Shown here: positions 1 through 10,174 of the stretch, piece after piece | Position numbering within the stretch: position 1 is the first letter of the stretch | Layout: each line of letters opens with the position of its first letter | NCBI GenBank assembly: GCA_963662315.1 | Contig: OY759353.1 | Location: 3,392,001 to 3,456,000, forward strand | Direction of reading: 5' to 3' | Origin: Geopsychrobacteraceae bacterium | Lineage (GTDB): Bacteria > Desulfobacterota > Desulfuromonadia > Desulfuromonadales > Geopsychrobacteraceae | DNA length: 64,000 bases | Program-made: the position numbers and the translations under genes | The notes under the pieces: model-generated | Seen by the model: only the letters and a program-made list of their open reading frames with translations | Told to the model about the DNA's origin: nothing | Databases searched by the model: none

Positions 1-45
1 TCATAATTGGACTAAACCCTTCTAAACTCTACCGAAATAAGCTTT

Positions 46-78
46 CATCCGGTCCCCGTCTGGGGGCCGGATGTTTTT
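46..78 (+). terminator. Intrinsic terminator of an upstream transcript
   Basis: CATCCGGTCCCC-GTCT-GGGGGCCGGATG hairpin followed by TTTTT. Confidence 0.7.
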
Positions 79-175
79 CAACAGAAGCTTAAAAAGCTCC
101 TTTGCACTCCCTGGCCACTGGGGGTATGATTCCCGCTGTACCCCCTGACTTTTCCACCTTACTTACGGGAGCTCC

Positions 176-1093
176 ATGGCCATTATCAGCAACGCCTTGA
201 TACCAATATTTCTCTTGATCATAAGTGGGTTTTGCGCCAGAAGAAGCGGTTTTTTGCAAGATGAATTCTGGCAGGCGGCCGAAAAACTGACCTACTTTTT
301 ACTCATGCCTGCCCTCCTGATTCACAGTCTTGCCAATAAGGATATCAGTCGTCTGCCCTGGCAACAGATGCTGTTGACTGTCGATGGAACTGTTATCATC
401 AGCGCTGGGCTGCTCAGTTTGTGGTGGCTGTTGCGTCGCCAGCGTGGTGGCCCTCTTTTCACCTCGGTATTTCAGGGCGGTGTCAGGTTCAATACCTACA
501 TCGCCCTGGCTGTGGCCGAAGCATTATACGGCAGCAAAGGACTGTTACTTGCGGCCATGGCAGCCGGGTTTATGATTCCGCTGATCAACCTGTTGTGCAT
601 TTCCGCTTTTTCTCTGACCGTTGTCAAAACCCGCATCAGCTTTGCCAGCTTTACGCGCAGTCTGATAACCAACCCCCTGATTCTGGGTTGCTTGATTGGC
701 GGAACTCTTAATCTTAGCGGTATCGGGCTGTTCAGCGCTCTTGATGGTACCCTGTCGTTGGCAGGAAAAGCCGCACTGCCTATCGGATTGATGGCCGTTG
801 GAGCGGCCTACCGGGTTGGTAATTTCAGTCACCAGGTGGCTCCCCTGCTGGTGAGCAGTATGGTCCAGTTTGTGGTTAAACCGTTGACTGCCTTCAGCCT
901 GGCCAGTGCCTTTGATCTGCATGGCATGCCGGCCAGTATCGCCGTACTGATGTTTATTGTTCCAACGGCTCCCTCTGCATTTATCCTGTCTCGCCAGCTA
1001 GGCGGCGATCACTCCACCATGGCGACAATCATCACCCTGCAAAGTGGGATATCCTTTTTTACAATACCTGTGACACTGGCTCTGCTTCATTGA
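176..1093 (+). CDS. AEC (auxin efflux carrier) family transporter
   Basis: 305 aa, multiple TM segments, LTYFLLMPALL, RFNTYIAL, PTAPSAFILSRQLGGD motifs. Confidence 0.85.
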   Translation: MAIISNALIPIFLLIISGFCARRSGFLQDEFWQAAEKLTYFLLMPALLIHSLANKDISRLPWQQMLLTVDGTVIISAGLLSLWWLLRRQRGGPLFTSVFQGGVRFNTYIALAVAEALYGSKGLLLAAMAAGFMIPLINLLCISAFSLTVVKTRISFASFTRSLITNPLILGCLIGGTLNLSGIGLFSALDGTLSLAGKAALPIGLMAVGAAYRVGNFSHQVAPLLVSSMVQFVVKPLTAFSLASAFDLHGMPASIAVLMFIVPTAPSAFILSRQLGGDHSTMATIITLQSGISFFTIPVTLALLH

Positions 1094-1129
1094 CAGGGCC
1101 TTAATAAACGTGGTTCCGGAGCATAGCAG

Positions 1130-1489
1130 ATGAGTAAAGAGATCAAAGCGCTTACCAGTTTCGCCGAATCGTTTGAAAAACTCGATATAAGAGTTGGGAT
1201 TATTACCTCAGCGGAACTTGAAACCCGTACCCCCAAGCCAACCTATAAGATGACGGTGGATTTTGGAAAGTTTGGCCTTCGCACCAGCTATGGCCGCTTC
1301 ACCAGGCACCCCCTGGACGAGGTTGTCGGTAGACGGGTGCTCGGTGTTCTGAATTTTGAGCCACGCCAGATGGGGCCGGTGCTTTCGGACGTGCTGATCC
1401 TCGGTGTGCAATACCCCAAGGCAGACAGTGGGGAAGCCACTTTTGTGTCCCCTGCCGTTGAAGCCAAGCTGGGCAGCAAATTATTTTAG
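1130..1489 (+). CDS. csaA: tRNA-binding / CsaA-like OB-fold protein
   Basis: FEKLDIRVG...VDFG...NFEPRQMG...SDVLILG pattern of the CsaA/Trbp111 family. Confidence 0.75.
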   Translation: MSKEIKALTSFAESFEKLDIRVGIITSAELETRTPKPTYKMTVDFGKFGLRTSYGRFTRHPLDEVVGRRVLGVLNFEPRQMGPVLSDVLILGVQYPKADSGEATFVSPAVEAKLGSKLF

Positions 1490-1601
1490 AATGCGTCTGA
1501 ATCTATTGGCTTTGCACGAAATATAGATTTTAAGGGGGTTCCGATCTCAGATTTCCCTGGCTGATTATCCCACCGGACAGCATAATACTTCCAAGGGTTA
1601 C

Positions 1602-3395
1602 TTATCGAAAAAACAATTCGAGCCCCAGGGCCTGACGCTCAGCCAGCTGCGGAATGCGGTTACGCTGCCAGTGTTTCAGTAACGGATACATCCAGCCAGT
1701 CATGGGGACCAATATCAAACGGTCAAACCAGCGATAGCGGGCCTGCTGGCGTAGCAGTAAACTCAACAGGATTCCGCCGGTTATCCAGCGGATATGGAAT
1801 GGCGTAAAATCACACTCGACCAGAAATCCATCGGGGTGTTTTTGGCGATATTTGGCCAGCCGCGTTGCAATTTTCTTTTCCCGCTTGTTCCCGCCCTTTC
1901 CCAGGTAGAAACGTCGCAGGGTATACAGCATACGCAAGGTATCTGCCCCCAGCTTTAATCCTTGCTGTTCAATACCCACCGTGTCTATCAACTGCCGCAA
2001 ACGCCTGATCTGTTGACGTTGCTGACGATCCCGCTCAATCACCATTTCTGGATCATCCATATAGGTACGAACGACCAGGCGCAGGGCGCGATTGACAATG
2101 ATCGTATCCCAGAAAATCCATAACAGGGGTGGTACCCGCAGGCGTCTGAACCAGAGTGATCTTGCCGCAAACGGTTTGAAATACCAGAGGTCGTCAATCA
2201 GCTGATCAAACAGGATAACCAGTTCGCTTATCTGATCCGTCTTCACCTCTGGCCAGTATTGCTGACAGAACTCATGAAGAATCTGGTGCGCAGAAACCTC
2301 AGAGCTGAACAACCGGTAGGCCGCAACGGTATTTAGTTCGTTCCATGGCGAAGAGCCATCCAGAAAAGTTAACCGGTCAAAATGGGACCAGCCTCCGGTC
2401 TGACACCAGACGCAAATCCCCCTAAGAGTCGGGCATTGGCTGAGCTGGTCCCGGAATTTCTCATACTGACGCCCTACATAAGCCGGAAATGCTCCGAACC
2501 CTTCATACTCGCGACGCGCCTGAAGTTCAATAATCTGATCATGGGACGACGTGATGAATCTGTCACTGAGCGGCAGGTAACGGAAGAAATCCGCACCACC
2601 AAACTTACGCGAAACAATAAAGGCGGGTGAATCAATTCCGGCAAATGCCGCATGCTCAGTTTTGTCATTCCAGATGAGATCTCCAATTCGGTAGGCTCCA
2701 AGCCCCCAGGTCCGGAAAATCAACGATTTCTGGTGATGTTCACAGCTGCGCAGAATCTCTTTCAACCATTGATTGCACTGTTTTGGGGTACGGATCTGCA
2801 GTTCACTGATAAACAGTGATTCCACATCATGACCGTCAGCTTCGCCAAAGCGGATGACAATCCCGTCCACTTCGGGAAACAGATCATACAAACGCTCAAC
2901 AGCCTCAACAAATAGAGCTCGCAGCTGTTGATCCCTTTTTCCACCCTTCACATAGGCCTCAATATAATCATTAATGAACATCAGGTCGGTGGTCACAAGA
3001 ATTTTGAGTCCATAGTTTTTGGCGATGGCAAAAACCTGCCGGAACAGCTGCTGATAAGAATGAACGGTGCGACTGAGCAGGTAGGGATAAAAGTCGAACA
3101 GAGTCAGATGCGCCAGATCATCAAACGTGATGGCGTTATAGCCAACCGCCGATACCGCCTGACAATAAAGTTCAAGCTGCACGCAGACCTGCTGTGAAAT
3201 TTCTGCCGGAATGGTTCCCCGCACCTGTAGGCGCGACAGGGGAGCTTTCGACCAATTCTGCCTGGTTCCGTCGACAAAAGGGGCAAAAAAGGGCGCTACT
3301 CCGTCAATAATATAAAGATCGCGCTCCGTCTTGCTCCGGTTGTTAAGATTCAATTGTTTCTGCAACAAAGACCTCTTTACATGCTTCAAAAGCAA
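1602..3395 (-). CDS. Hypothetical protein, possible glycoside-hydrolase-like TIM barrel
   Basis: Long 597-aa ORF; GYNAITFDD, DGIVIRFGEADG, IFRTWG, ELQARREYEGFG resemble GH-like barrels; family not assignable. Confidence 0.55.
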   Translation of the reverse strand: MLLKHVKRSLLQKQLNLNNRSKTERDLYIIDGVAPFFAPFVDGTRQNWSKAPLSRLQVRGTIPAEISQQVCVQLELYCQAVSAVGYNAITFDDLAHLTLFDFYPYLLSRTVHSYQQLFRQVFAIAKNYGLKILVTTDLMFINDYIEAYVKGGKRDQQLRALFVEAVERLYDLFPEVDGIVIRFGEADGHDVESLFISELQIRTPKQCNQWLKEILRSCEHHQKSLIFRTWGLGAYRIGDLIWNDKTEHAAFAGIDSPAFIVSRKFGGADFFRYLPLSDRFITSSHDQIIELQARREYEGFGAFPAYVGRQYEKFRDQLSQCPTLRGICVWCQTGGWSHFDRLTFLDGSSPWNELNTVAAYRLFSSEVSAHQILHEFCQQYWPEVKTDQISELVILFDQLIDDLWYFKPFAARSLWFRRLRVPPLLWIFWDTIIVNRALRLVVRTYMDDPEMVIERDRQQRQQIRRLRQLIDTVGIEQQGLKLGADTLRMLYTLRRFYLGKGGNKREKKIATRLAKYRQKHPDGFLVECDFTPFHIRWITGGILLSLLLRQQARYRWFDRLILVPMTGWMYPLLKHWQRNRIPQLAERQALGLELFFR

Positions 3396-3568
3396 AGGAA
3401 ATGGTTTTCTTTAACGAAGAATGCGGTTACCTTTATGAAAAAGGTGTTAGGATTGTATGTGTTAATTTTGAGTTTTATGCGCGGCATTCGATTTAGAAAA
3501 TGAGTGCTAGATTGAACACGGCTTCAGGTCGTCGTGACAAATGAATAAGAAAAAGTGACGGAGATAAC

Positions 3569-4330
3569 ATGAGTACCGAGGTCAAGCTCTGGCTAAAAAG
3601 TGAAAACAGTACTTTCGATGCTAAACGGATAAAATTGTTGGAAAAAATTGACGAAACCGGGTCGATGTCAAAAGCTGCCAGAGAGGTCGGTATCAGTTAT
3701 AAAGCCGCTTGGGACGCCATTGATAAAATGAATAATCTTGCGGATGAGCCTCTGGTCATGAAGGTGACCGGTGGTCGCAAAGGGGGTGGGTCGACCCTGA
3801 CTCCGTATGCCCGTGAGCTTATCATCTCCTTTTATGACATGGTCGAAGCCCAGGACCGTACCCTGGAAATGATTGGAAACCAAAACCGGACCGGCATGAG
3901 CTTTTTCCTGGCGAGTACCAAGAATCTGTTCAGCTGCCATATCCAGACGATGGTTACAGGCGATGTAAATGCAACGATCGGCTTGAAATTACGTGGAGAA
4001 GATATGCTTGCCGCTGTCATTACCAGAGATAGCGTCAAACGGCTTGAACTCGAACAGGGAGACCGGGTTTACGCCCTGGTCAATGAAAGTGCGATTTCCC
4101 TTTTGAAGGGTGATGGGCGCAACCTGGCAGTCAGTGCTCGCAACCGGCTGCTGGGAAAAGTCAGTCGCATCACCTCATCCGGCGTTTCTGCCGAAGTAGA
4201 GATTCGCCTGCCAGGCGGTCAGGCTATCTATGTTGTCATGACCGCAGCCAGCATTGATTCCATGGAGTTGAAAGAGGAGGATGTTGTAACGGCACTGTTT
4301 AAAGCACAGAGCGTCATGCTGCTGAAGTAA
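3569..4330 (+). CDS. modE: Molybdate-responsive regulator ModE (wHTH + two TOBE/Mop domains)
   Basis: GSMSKAAREVGISYKAAWDAIDKMN, GGRKGGGSTLT, SARNRLLG; SD GGAG; close to modABC. Confidence 0.9.
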   Translation: MSTEVKLWLKSENSTFDAKRIKLLEKIDETGSMSKAAREVGISYKAAWDAIDKMNNLADEPLVMKVTGGRKGGGSTLTPYARELIISFYDMVEAQDRTLEMIGNQNRTGMSFFLASTKNLFSCHIQTMVTGDVNATIGLKLRGEDMLAAVITRDSVKRLELEQGDRVYALVNESAISLLKGDGRNLAVSARNRLLGKVSRITSSGVSAEVEIRLPGGQAIYVVMTAASIDSMELKEEDVVTALFKAQSVMLLK

Positions 4331-4357
4331 TAATCCACGTTTTGATACCATAGGCAT

Positions 4358-4393
4358 GAAAAAGCCCCAATGCGATAACACAGGGGCTTTTTC
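4358..4393. terminator. Bidirectional terminator between convergent genes
   Basis: GAAAAAGCCCC...GGGGCTTTTTC inverted repeat with A/T tails. Confidence 0.7.
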
Positions 4394-4411
4394 AACGGGA
4401 CTCTACAATAA

Positions 4412-5218
4412 TCAGAATCCTGTCTCACCTTGAAACTCAGATTCTTCCGGAGTTTTGACGCTAACTTCGTAACCCTCATCGACAGGCTCATCATCAACTA
4501 CGACCGCAGAACGGGCGGGTTTTGATTTCTGGTATGAGCTCAACAGACCATAGACGACATTATTATCCGGATCATCCTCGCGGTGGCGTCTGATCAGGCT
4601 CTTATCCTGGCCGAAATAATACCTGACCCCGGTCATCACATGCTCATAATCACTTTCGCCGATGGCCAGGTCAGCATATACTGCCAGCCCCTTGATGATC
4701 TGATATTCGGCACCGATATGCAGGCGCCCCTGTTGTTTATCAGCCAGACTACCGCCGGTAGAGAACATCAGGTTATCCAGGGGGTAATAACGAAGGTCGA
4801 TATTCATGTGGGCGTTATCATCGGCATCACCGAACTGCTGGCCGACAATCCCGATCAGGGTCAGTTGGTTCAAATACAATTCTGCTTCGAATCCGAGGCG
4901 ATGGACATCAAAACCATCCAGATCGGCCGTTAAGCCAGTGACACCCAACAGGTAACGCTCCGGGTCTCTGGTAAAAAAATGAAACCCAAGCCCGTGCAGA
5001 TCTTCATCAATACTACCAAGAGCACCATCAATCTGCAGTCCAAAGGTTTTCCCCAAGGGAACAGTCACACTACCGCCAACAACTTTGGCCGTTTCGCCAT
5101 CAGCATTCCCCAACAGCCCCTCAACCTTGGCATTGGCACCAGAAACAGCCACTCCCTGTGCCGACGCCAAGCCACAGAGCGCCAGAACCAGCACTCCCGC
5201 CAATAACAATTTCTTCAT
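4412..5218 (-). CDS. Exported hypothetical protein, probable outer-membrane beta-barrel
   Basis: Signal peptide MKKLLLAGVLVLALCGLASA, amphipathic beta pattern, TGVRYYFG followed by an acidic tail. Confidence 0.65.
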   Translation of the reverse strand: MKKLLLAGVLVLALCGLASAQGVAVSGANAKVEGLLGNADGETAKVVGGSVTVPLGKTFGLQIDGALGSIDEDLHGLGFHFFTRDPERYLLGVTGLTADLDGFDVHRLGFEAELYLNQLTLIGIVGQQFGDADDNAHMNIDLRYYPLDNLMFSTGGSLADKQQGRLHIGAEYQIIKGLAVYADLAIGESDYEHVMTGVRYYFGQDKSLIRRHREDDPDNNVVYGLLSSYQKSKPARSAVVVDDEPVDEGYEVSVKTPEESEFQGETGF

Positions 5219-5512
5219 TTTTTTTCCTTTTTAAAGGTCGGTAAGTTAAACCAGGAGAGAATAACATCAGATAAGGCTACGCCAAGAACGGGTCCTCATG
5301 ATATTCCCCCTTATATCTCATTTTCTAATGAGAAAAGTAGCGAGATACTACACGACTGCCATCTTTGGCGCAATAGAGAATTCTATTTATCCTTAATATG
5401 TTACACCTATGTATGTGAAAAACTATGTCGTTCGCCAAACCCCTTATCTCACCCTAGGAAACTGCTCAGCGGCAGAATATTTCACCATAAAAGGTATACG
5501 AACTTTTCTGGG

Positions 5513-5565
5513 TTGACATCGATATTTCTAACGTTATACCTTTTAGAATATCGAATTTTATAACG
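5513..5565 (+). promoter_or_regulatory. sigma70 promoter of modABC overlapped by ModE-like inverted half-sites
   Basis: TTGACA at 5513, TATACC 16 nt later; CGATATT/AATATCG and CGTTATA/TATAACG inverted pairs. Confidence 0.55.
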
Positions 5566-5587
5566 CACCTATCAATTGGAGTCTCCT

Positions 5588-6355
5588 ATGTCTACAAAAA
5601 TCACATCCTTGCTGTTGCTGCTGAGCTTTAGCCTCGGCCTGACCTCGGCCGCCTTTGCCGAAGAAAAGGTCTATATCTTTGCCGCAGCATCAACCACTAA
5701 CGTTGTCAAAGAACTGGTCAGCACCTACCAGGAGGGCTCAGCAACTCAGGCAAAATACCTGACCTCTTTCGCTTCAAGTTCTACTCTGGCTCGTCAGATT
5801 GAAGCCGGAGCCGATGCCAATATCTTTATTTCAGCCAATGTCAAATGGTACAAATGGCTGGCCGAAAGGAATCTGGTTGCGGAAGGCACAGACAGCATCA
5901 TGGCGGCGAATGCTCTGGTCCTGATCGCAGCACCGCAGAACCAAAAGGAAATTACCGATATCAATCAGCTTCCCGGTGCTCTAGGCAGTGGTTTTCTGGC
6001 CATCGGTGACCATAGCCACGTTCCTGCCGGGATGTATGCCAAAGAGGCACTTGACCATTATGGACTCTGGGACAAGCTGATGAAAAGTACCGCTCAGTAT
6101 CCTAATGTCAGAGTTGCGTTGAACGCTGTCGATACCAACCAGGCTGATTTCGGGATTGTCTATAAGACCGATGCCATGCAATCTCAATCAGCACGCATCG
6201 CCTATACCTTTGCCGCTGATTCTCATACTCCAATTAAATACCCGATTTGTGCTATAAAGGGGAAAACGTCTGCAGAGACCGAAAAGTTTCTGCTGTTCAT
6301 GAAATCTGAACCGGCCAAGAAGATACTTGAAAAATACGGATTTGTAGCTCAATGA
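5588..6355 (+). CDS. modA: Molybdate ABC transporter substrate-binding protein
   Basis: FAAAS, FASSSTLARQIEAGA, HVPAGMYAKEAL, VYKTDA; signal peptide; ATG after GGAG. Confidence 0.93.
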   Translation: MSTKITSLLLLLSFSLGLTSAAFAEEKVYIFAAASTTNVVKELVSTYQEGSATQAKYLTSFASSSTLARQIEAGADANIFISANVKWYKWLAERNLVAEGTDSIMAANALVLIAAPQNQKEITDINQLPGALGSGFLAIGDHSHVPAGMYAKEALDHYGLWDKLMKSTAQYPNVRVALNAVDTNQADFGIVYKTDAMQSQSARIAYTFAADSHTPIKYPICAIKGKTSAETEKFLLFMKSEPAKKILEKYGFVAQ

Positions 6356-7038
6356 CCTTATCACCAGAAGAAGTGGATGCTATCTGGCTCAGCCTCAGGG
6401 TTGCCCTGTGGGCTGTCGCCATGGGCATTGTTCCGGCTATCCTTTGTGCCCTGTTGCTTGCCCGTTGTCAGTTCAGAGGTAAAACCCTGCTGGATGCGGT
6501 CATCCATCTCCCTCTGGTGGTTCCTCCGGTTGTCACCGGTTATCTGCTCATCATCTTTCTTGGCCGCAATACGCCTGTCGGCCATTTGCTAGAACAGATC
6601 GGCCTGCGCTTAGCCTTTAACTGGAAGGGAGCGGTCCTTGCCTCGCTGGTCATGAGTTTCCCGCTGATGGTCAGAGCCATCCGCTTGTCGATAGAAGCCG
6701 TCGATAAAGGTCTGGAAGCCGCGGCCCGCACTCTTGGTGCGGGCCGTTTGAAGATATTTCTCACCGTAACGCTCCCCTTGTCCGTGCCCGGCATCATTAC
6801 CGGCAGTGTTCTTGCCTTTGCCCGCAGTCTGGGCGAATTTGGTGCCACCATAACTTTCGTCTCGAACATTCCCGGCGAAACCCAGACCCTGCCCCTGGCC
6901 CTTTATACCTTTACCCAGACTCCCGACGGTGAAGGGATGGCAGCACGCCTGTGCGTTATTGCGATTATCATCTCAGTGACGGCACTGGCCTGTTCTGAAG
7001 TCATTGCCCGGCGGGCGGCCAGGAGGATCAGTGGATGA
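6352..7038 (+). CDS. modB: Molybdate ABC transporter permease
   Basis: LPLVVPPVVTGY, EAAARTLGA, FARSLGEFGAT. Confidence 0.93.
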   Translation: MTLSPEEVDAIWLSLRVALWAVAMGIVPAILCALLLARCQFRGKTLLDAVIHLPLVVPPVVTGYLLIIFLGRNTPVGHLLEQIGLRLAFNWKGAVLASLVMSFPLMVRAIRLSIEAVDKGLEAAARTLGAGRLKIFLTVTLPLSVPGIITGSVLAFARSLGEFGATITFVSNIPGETQTLPLALYTFTQTPDGEGMAARLCVIAIIISVTALACSEVIARRAARRISG

Positions 7039-8084
7039 TTGAGGTCAGACTGAAAAAGAATTTCGGCACCTTTGACATTGATGTCGACTTCACCTCTGAA
7101 ACCAACGGCATTACAGTGCTGGCTGGGCCTTCCGGGTCGGGAAAAACCACCATTATCAGTATGATCGCCGGATTGACCAAACCGGATTCCGGCCGCATCT
7201 TTATCAATGGCCGGATGCTGTTTGATTCAACCCAGAAAATTGACTGTCCGATCCAGAAGCGGCGCTGCGGCTATATTTTTCAGGACGGGCGCCTGTTTCC
7301 TCATATGAGCGTGACCAAAAACCTGCTTTATGGCAGCCACAGTGATGCGTCCCGCCTGGAAGAAATTGCCGAACTGCTCGGTATCGACCACTTGCTGTCG
7401 CGGATGCCGGGCAAGCTTTCTGGCGGTGAAAAACAACGCGTCGCCATCGGCAGGGCCCTGTTGATGCGCCCGGAAATTCTGCTGATGGATGAACCGTTGG
7501 CGTCCCTTGACCCGCAACGCAAGGACGAATTGCTCCCTTATATCGCCCGCCTTCCGCAACAGTTCAATATTCCGATATTCTATGTCACCCACTCGCGGCG
7601 GGAAATTCTGCGCTTAAGTGATGAACTGATCCGCATTGAAAAAGGGCGGATCAAAAGTTTCGGCAAACCGACCGGCGAGTATCAGGGGCTGGGCACCACC
7701 GATACCGAAGGCGAATACCTGTCGGTCTTTGAATGCGATATTACGGATTACAATGATAATTTTGGTGTTGTCAAAGCAGCTTTCCCGGGCGGGCACGTCT
7801 TTATTCTGGCTGACAAACGTCCCCAGGAAACCAGGGTGCGTGCCGCAATACGTGCCTCGGACGTGACTATCTCCCTGGAACAACCAAGCCAGATCAGTAC
7901 CCGCAACATATTCCACGGCACGATTGTCAAACTTGAAGAGTCGGCGGCGCAAAGTGTGCTGATCCATACGGATGTCGGCATACCGATTGCAGCTCGTATT
8001 TCCAAAGCCTCTGCGCATCGCCTGAGTCTTGAACCCGGAAAGCATATTTTCCTGCTGGTTAAGGCCGTTTCCATGAATTTTTAG
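7035..8084 (+). CDS. modC: Molybdate ABC transporter ATPase
   Basis: GPSGSGKT, LSGGEKQRVAIGRAL, C-terminal TOBE (STRNIF). Confidence 0.93.
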   Translation: MIEVRLKKNFGTFDIDVDFTSETNGITVLAGPSGSGKTTIISMIAGLTKPDSGRIFINGRMLFDSTQKIDCPIQKRRCGYIFQDGRLFPHMSVTKNLLYGSHSDASRLEEIAELLGIDHLLSRMPGKLSGGEKQRVAIGRALLMRPEILLMDEPLASLDPQRKDELLPYIARLPQQFNIPIFYVTHSRREILRLSDELIRIEKGRIKSFGKPTGEYQGLGTTDTEGEYLSVFECDITDYNDNFGVVKAAFPGGHVFILADKRPQETRVRAAIRASDVTISLEQPSQISTRNIFHGTIVKLEESAAQSVLIHTDVGIPIAARISKASAHRLSLEPGKHIFLLVKAVSMNF

Positions 8085-8255
8085 GTATCAGACCGAGACC
8101 AAACTGGCTAAAAAACAGGCACAATCTGCCCAAAATAGACACAATAAATCTTGCCGGCGCCAAGCAGCGACCTGGAGTCTGAAGATTCAAGCCCGAAATC
8201 GCGAAACGCAGTGAAGCGTCCCGCCGCCTTTCCAAGCATCAACAGGAGATACCTT

Positions 8256-9491
8256 ATGAAACCGTCCCTCGGTTTAGATCTCAAGATCGCCGAAATCCTC
8301 AAGCACTATCCAGAAACGCAACGGGTTTTCGAAGCGCACGGCCTTGCCGCGCTGGTCAGTGACGACGGCCAACGTCTGCTCGCCCCATTTTTAACCCTGT
8401 CCACCGCCCTGCGCAGTCGCAATATGGACGCCGCCAGTTTTCTGCGTCTTCTTCAGGAAGCCATAGACCTGGAAGAAACCCTTGAAGCTCCCGGTCTAGA
8501 AGGCTATGACCGCCAGGGGGACCTGACCCTGCTGGCGCTCATGCCCTGTGGCTTAAAGGTTCCGTTCGGCCGGGCAATCACCAGTTTTCTGGAAAAAATT
8601 AAGGTGGAACAAAACCTTCATGTCACCTATGCCGTCGAAGGGAATGTCAATCAGGAGCTGTCCTATTACCCCTATGTCAAAACCCTGCAAAAGATAGAGG
8701 AACTGCCCGACATCATCATTTCAGCCGATTTCAACGCGTTTTACGGGCATGATTTCTACAACAAATTTGTTGCCACTGGTGAACTGTGTGGTTACGGCGT
8801 GCCGGATGCTGGCCCTGCCTTTGCCAAGGCTGGCATCCTCGATCCGAAAAATGACTATTCAGTGTTGGGCATCAACCCTCTGGTTATGGTTGCCAACCTG
8901 GATGAAATCGGTTCCCGGCCACTGCCCATCAGCTGGAAAGACATTCTCGATCCCATGTGGGAACGCAGCCTGATACTGCGCGGTAGTGAGCAATTTTTCT
9001 GCCACGCTGTTTTGCTTCCCATCTATCAGGACTATGGTGAAAAAGGTCTGGAACAGCTGGCGGGCAATGTCCTGCGTGGTCTGCACCCGGCCCAGATGGT
9101 TAAACAGATTGACAGCGGCGCTCCTGGTGCCATCTATGTTATGCCGGAGTTTTTCGCCCACCGGGCCAAAAATCAAGAACGGATCAAAATCATCTGGCCG
9201 GAGGACGGTGCGCTGGCCAGTCCGGTCACCCTGCAGGTCAAAAGATCCCGCATCGAAGAGCTGAAACCGATCCTCGACTACCTGAGTGGCCCACAACTAG
9301 CCCAAGCGTTGATCGGAGCACGCTTCCCGGTCCCGCATCAAAGTGTTGAAGGGGACGTGCAGGGCAAGCCATTGCGTTGGCTTGGTTGGGATTTTCTGCG
9401 CCAGCAGGATCTGTTGACTGTTAACGCAGCTATTGATGAAGTGTTTCTGCCCCTGGTCAAGGAACCATTGAAGCAGGCTGCCGGACAATGA
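8256..9491 (+). CDS. Solute-binding-fold protein with DUF1858-like N-terminus, no signal peptide
   Basis: ATG after AGGAG; IAEILKHYPETQRVF N-domain; PISWKDILDP and IIWPEDGALASP SBP motifs. Confidence 0.7.
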   Translation: MKPSLGLDLKIAEILKHYPETQRVFEAHGLAALVSDDGQRLLAPFLTLSTALRSRNMDAASFLRLLQEAIDLEETLEAPGLEGYDRQGDLTLLALMPCGLKVPFGRAITSFLEKIKVEQNLHVTYAVEGNVNQELSYYPYVKTLQKIEELPDIIISADFNAFYGHDFYNKFVATGELCGYGVPDAGPAFAKAGILDPKNDYSVLGINPLVMVANLDEIGSRPLPISWKDILDPMWERSLILRGSEQFFCHAVLLPIYQDYGEKGLEQLAGNVLRGLHPAQMVKQIDSGAPGAIYVMPEFFAHRAKNQERIKIIWPEDGALASPVTLQVKRSRIEELKPILDYLSGPQLAQALIGARFPVPHQSVEGDVQGKPLRWLGWDFLRQQDLLTVNAAIDEVFLPLVKEPLKQAAGQ

Positions 9492-10174
9492 AACTGATTA
9501 CCGTTGCCGGACCACCTTCGTGCGGCAAAACATCGATTATCCTGCGCACTGTTGAACCCCTGGTCGCTTCCGGTATGAAAGTCGGCGTTATCAAGTTTGA
9601 CTGCCTGACCAGCGACGACCATTTGCGCTACAGCAAGGCCGGAATTACGGTCAAAACCGGTCTTGCCGGAGGCCTGTGTCCCGACCACTTCTTTATTTCC
9701 AATATTGAGCAGGGGGTGCAATGGGGATTAAGTCAAAACTTTGATCTGCTTATTAGTGAAAGTGCCGGGCTTTGTAATCGGTGCTCTCCGCATATCAAGG
9801 ATGTGTTGGCACTGTGTGTGATTGATCACTTAAGCGGGGTTCATACGCCGCGTAAAATCGGTCCGATGCTGAAAAATTCCGATGTCGTGGTTCTGACCAA
9901 GGGGGATATCGTCTCTCAGGCCGAGCGCGAAGTGTTCGCCTTCCGCGTCCGCCAGGTCAACCCCCATGCCGCGGTGCTGCCGGTCAACGGCCTGACCGGG
10001 CAGGGGAACCTGCTACTGCAACGCCACCTGCTGCAGGCCAATGATACGTCAAGCCTTATTGACATGCGTTTGCGCTTTACCATGCCGGCAGCACTGTGTT
10101 CCTACTGCCTGGGTGAAACGCGCATTGGTCCCGATTGTCAGATCGGCAACATCAAGACCATGGATTTCTCATGA
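9488..10174 (+). CDS. HypB/UreG-like (G3E) GTP-binding protein, Cys-rich
   Basis: GPPSCGKT, GLCPDH, ESAGLCNRC, TKGD, CSYC. Confidence 0.85.
   Translation: MKLITVAGPPSCGKTSIILRTVEPLVASGMKVGVIKFDCLTSDDHLRYSKAGITVKTGLAGGLCPDHFFISNIEQGVQWGLSQNFDLLISESAGLCNRCSPHIKDVLALCVIDHLSGVHTPRKIGPMLKNSDVVVLTKGDIVSQAEREVFAFRVRQVNPHAAVLPVNGLTGQGNLLLQRHLLQANDTSSLIDMRLRFTMPAALCSYCLGETRIGPDCQIGNIKTMDFS

Noticed and set aside
8105..8135. sigma54 promoter before the SBP-GTPase-ATPase trio
   Set aside because: GG-to-GC spacing in GGCACAATCTGC is 8 nt, not the required 10
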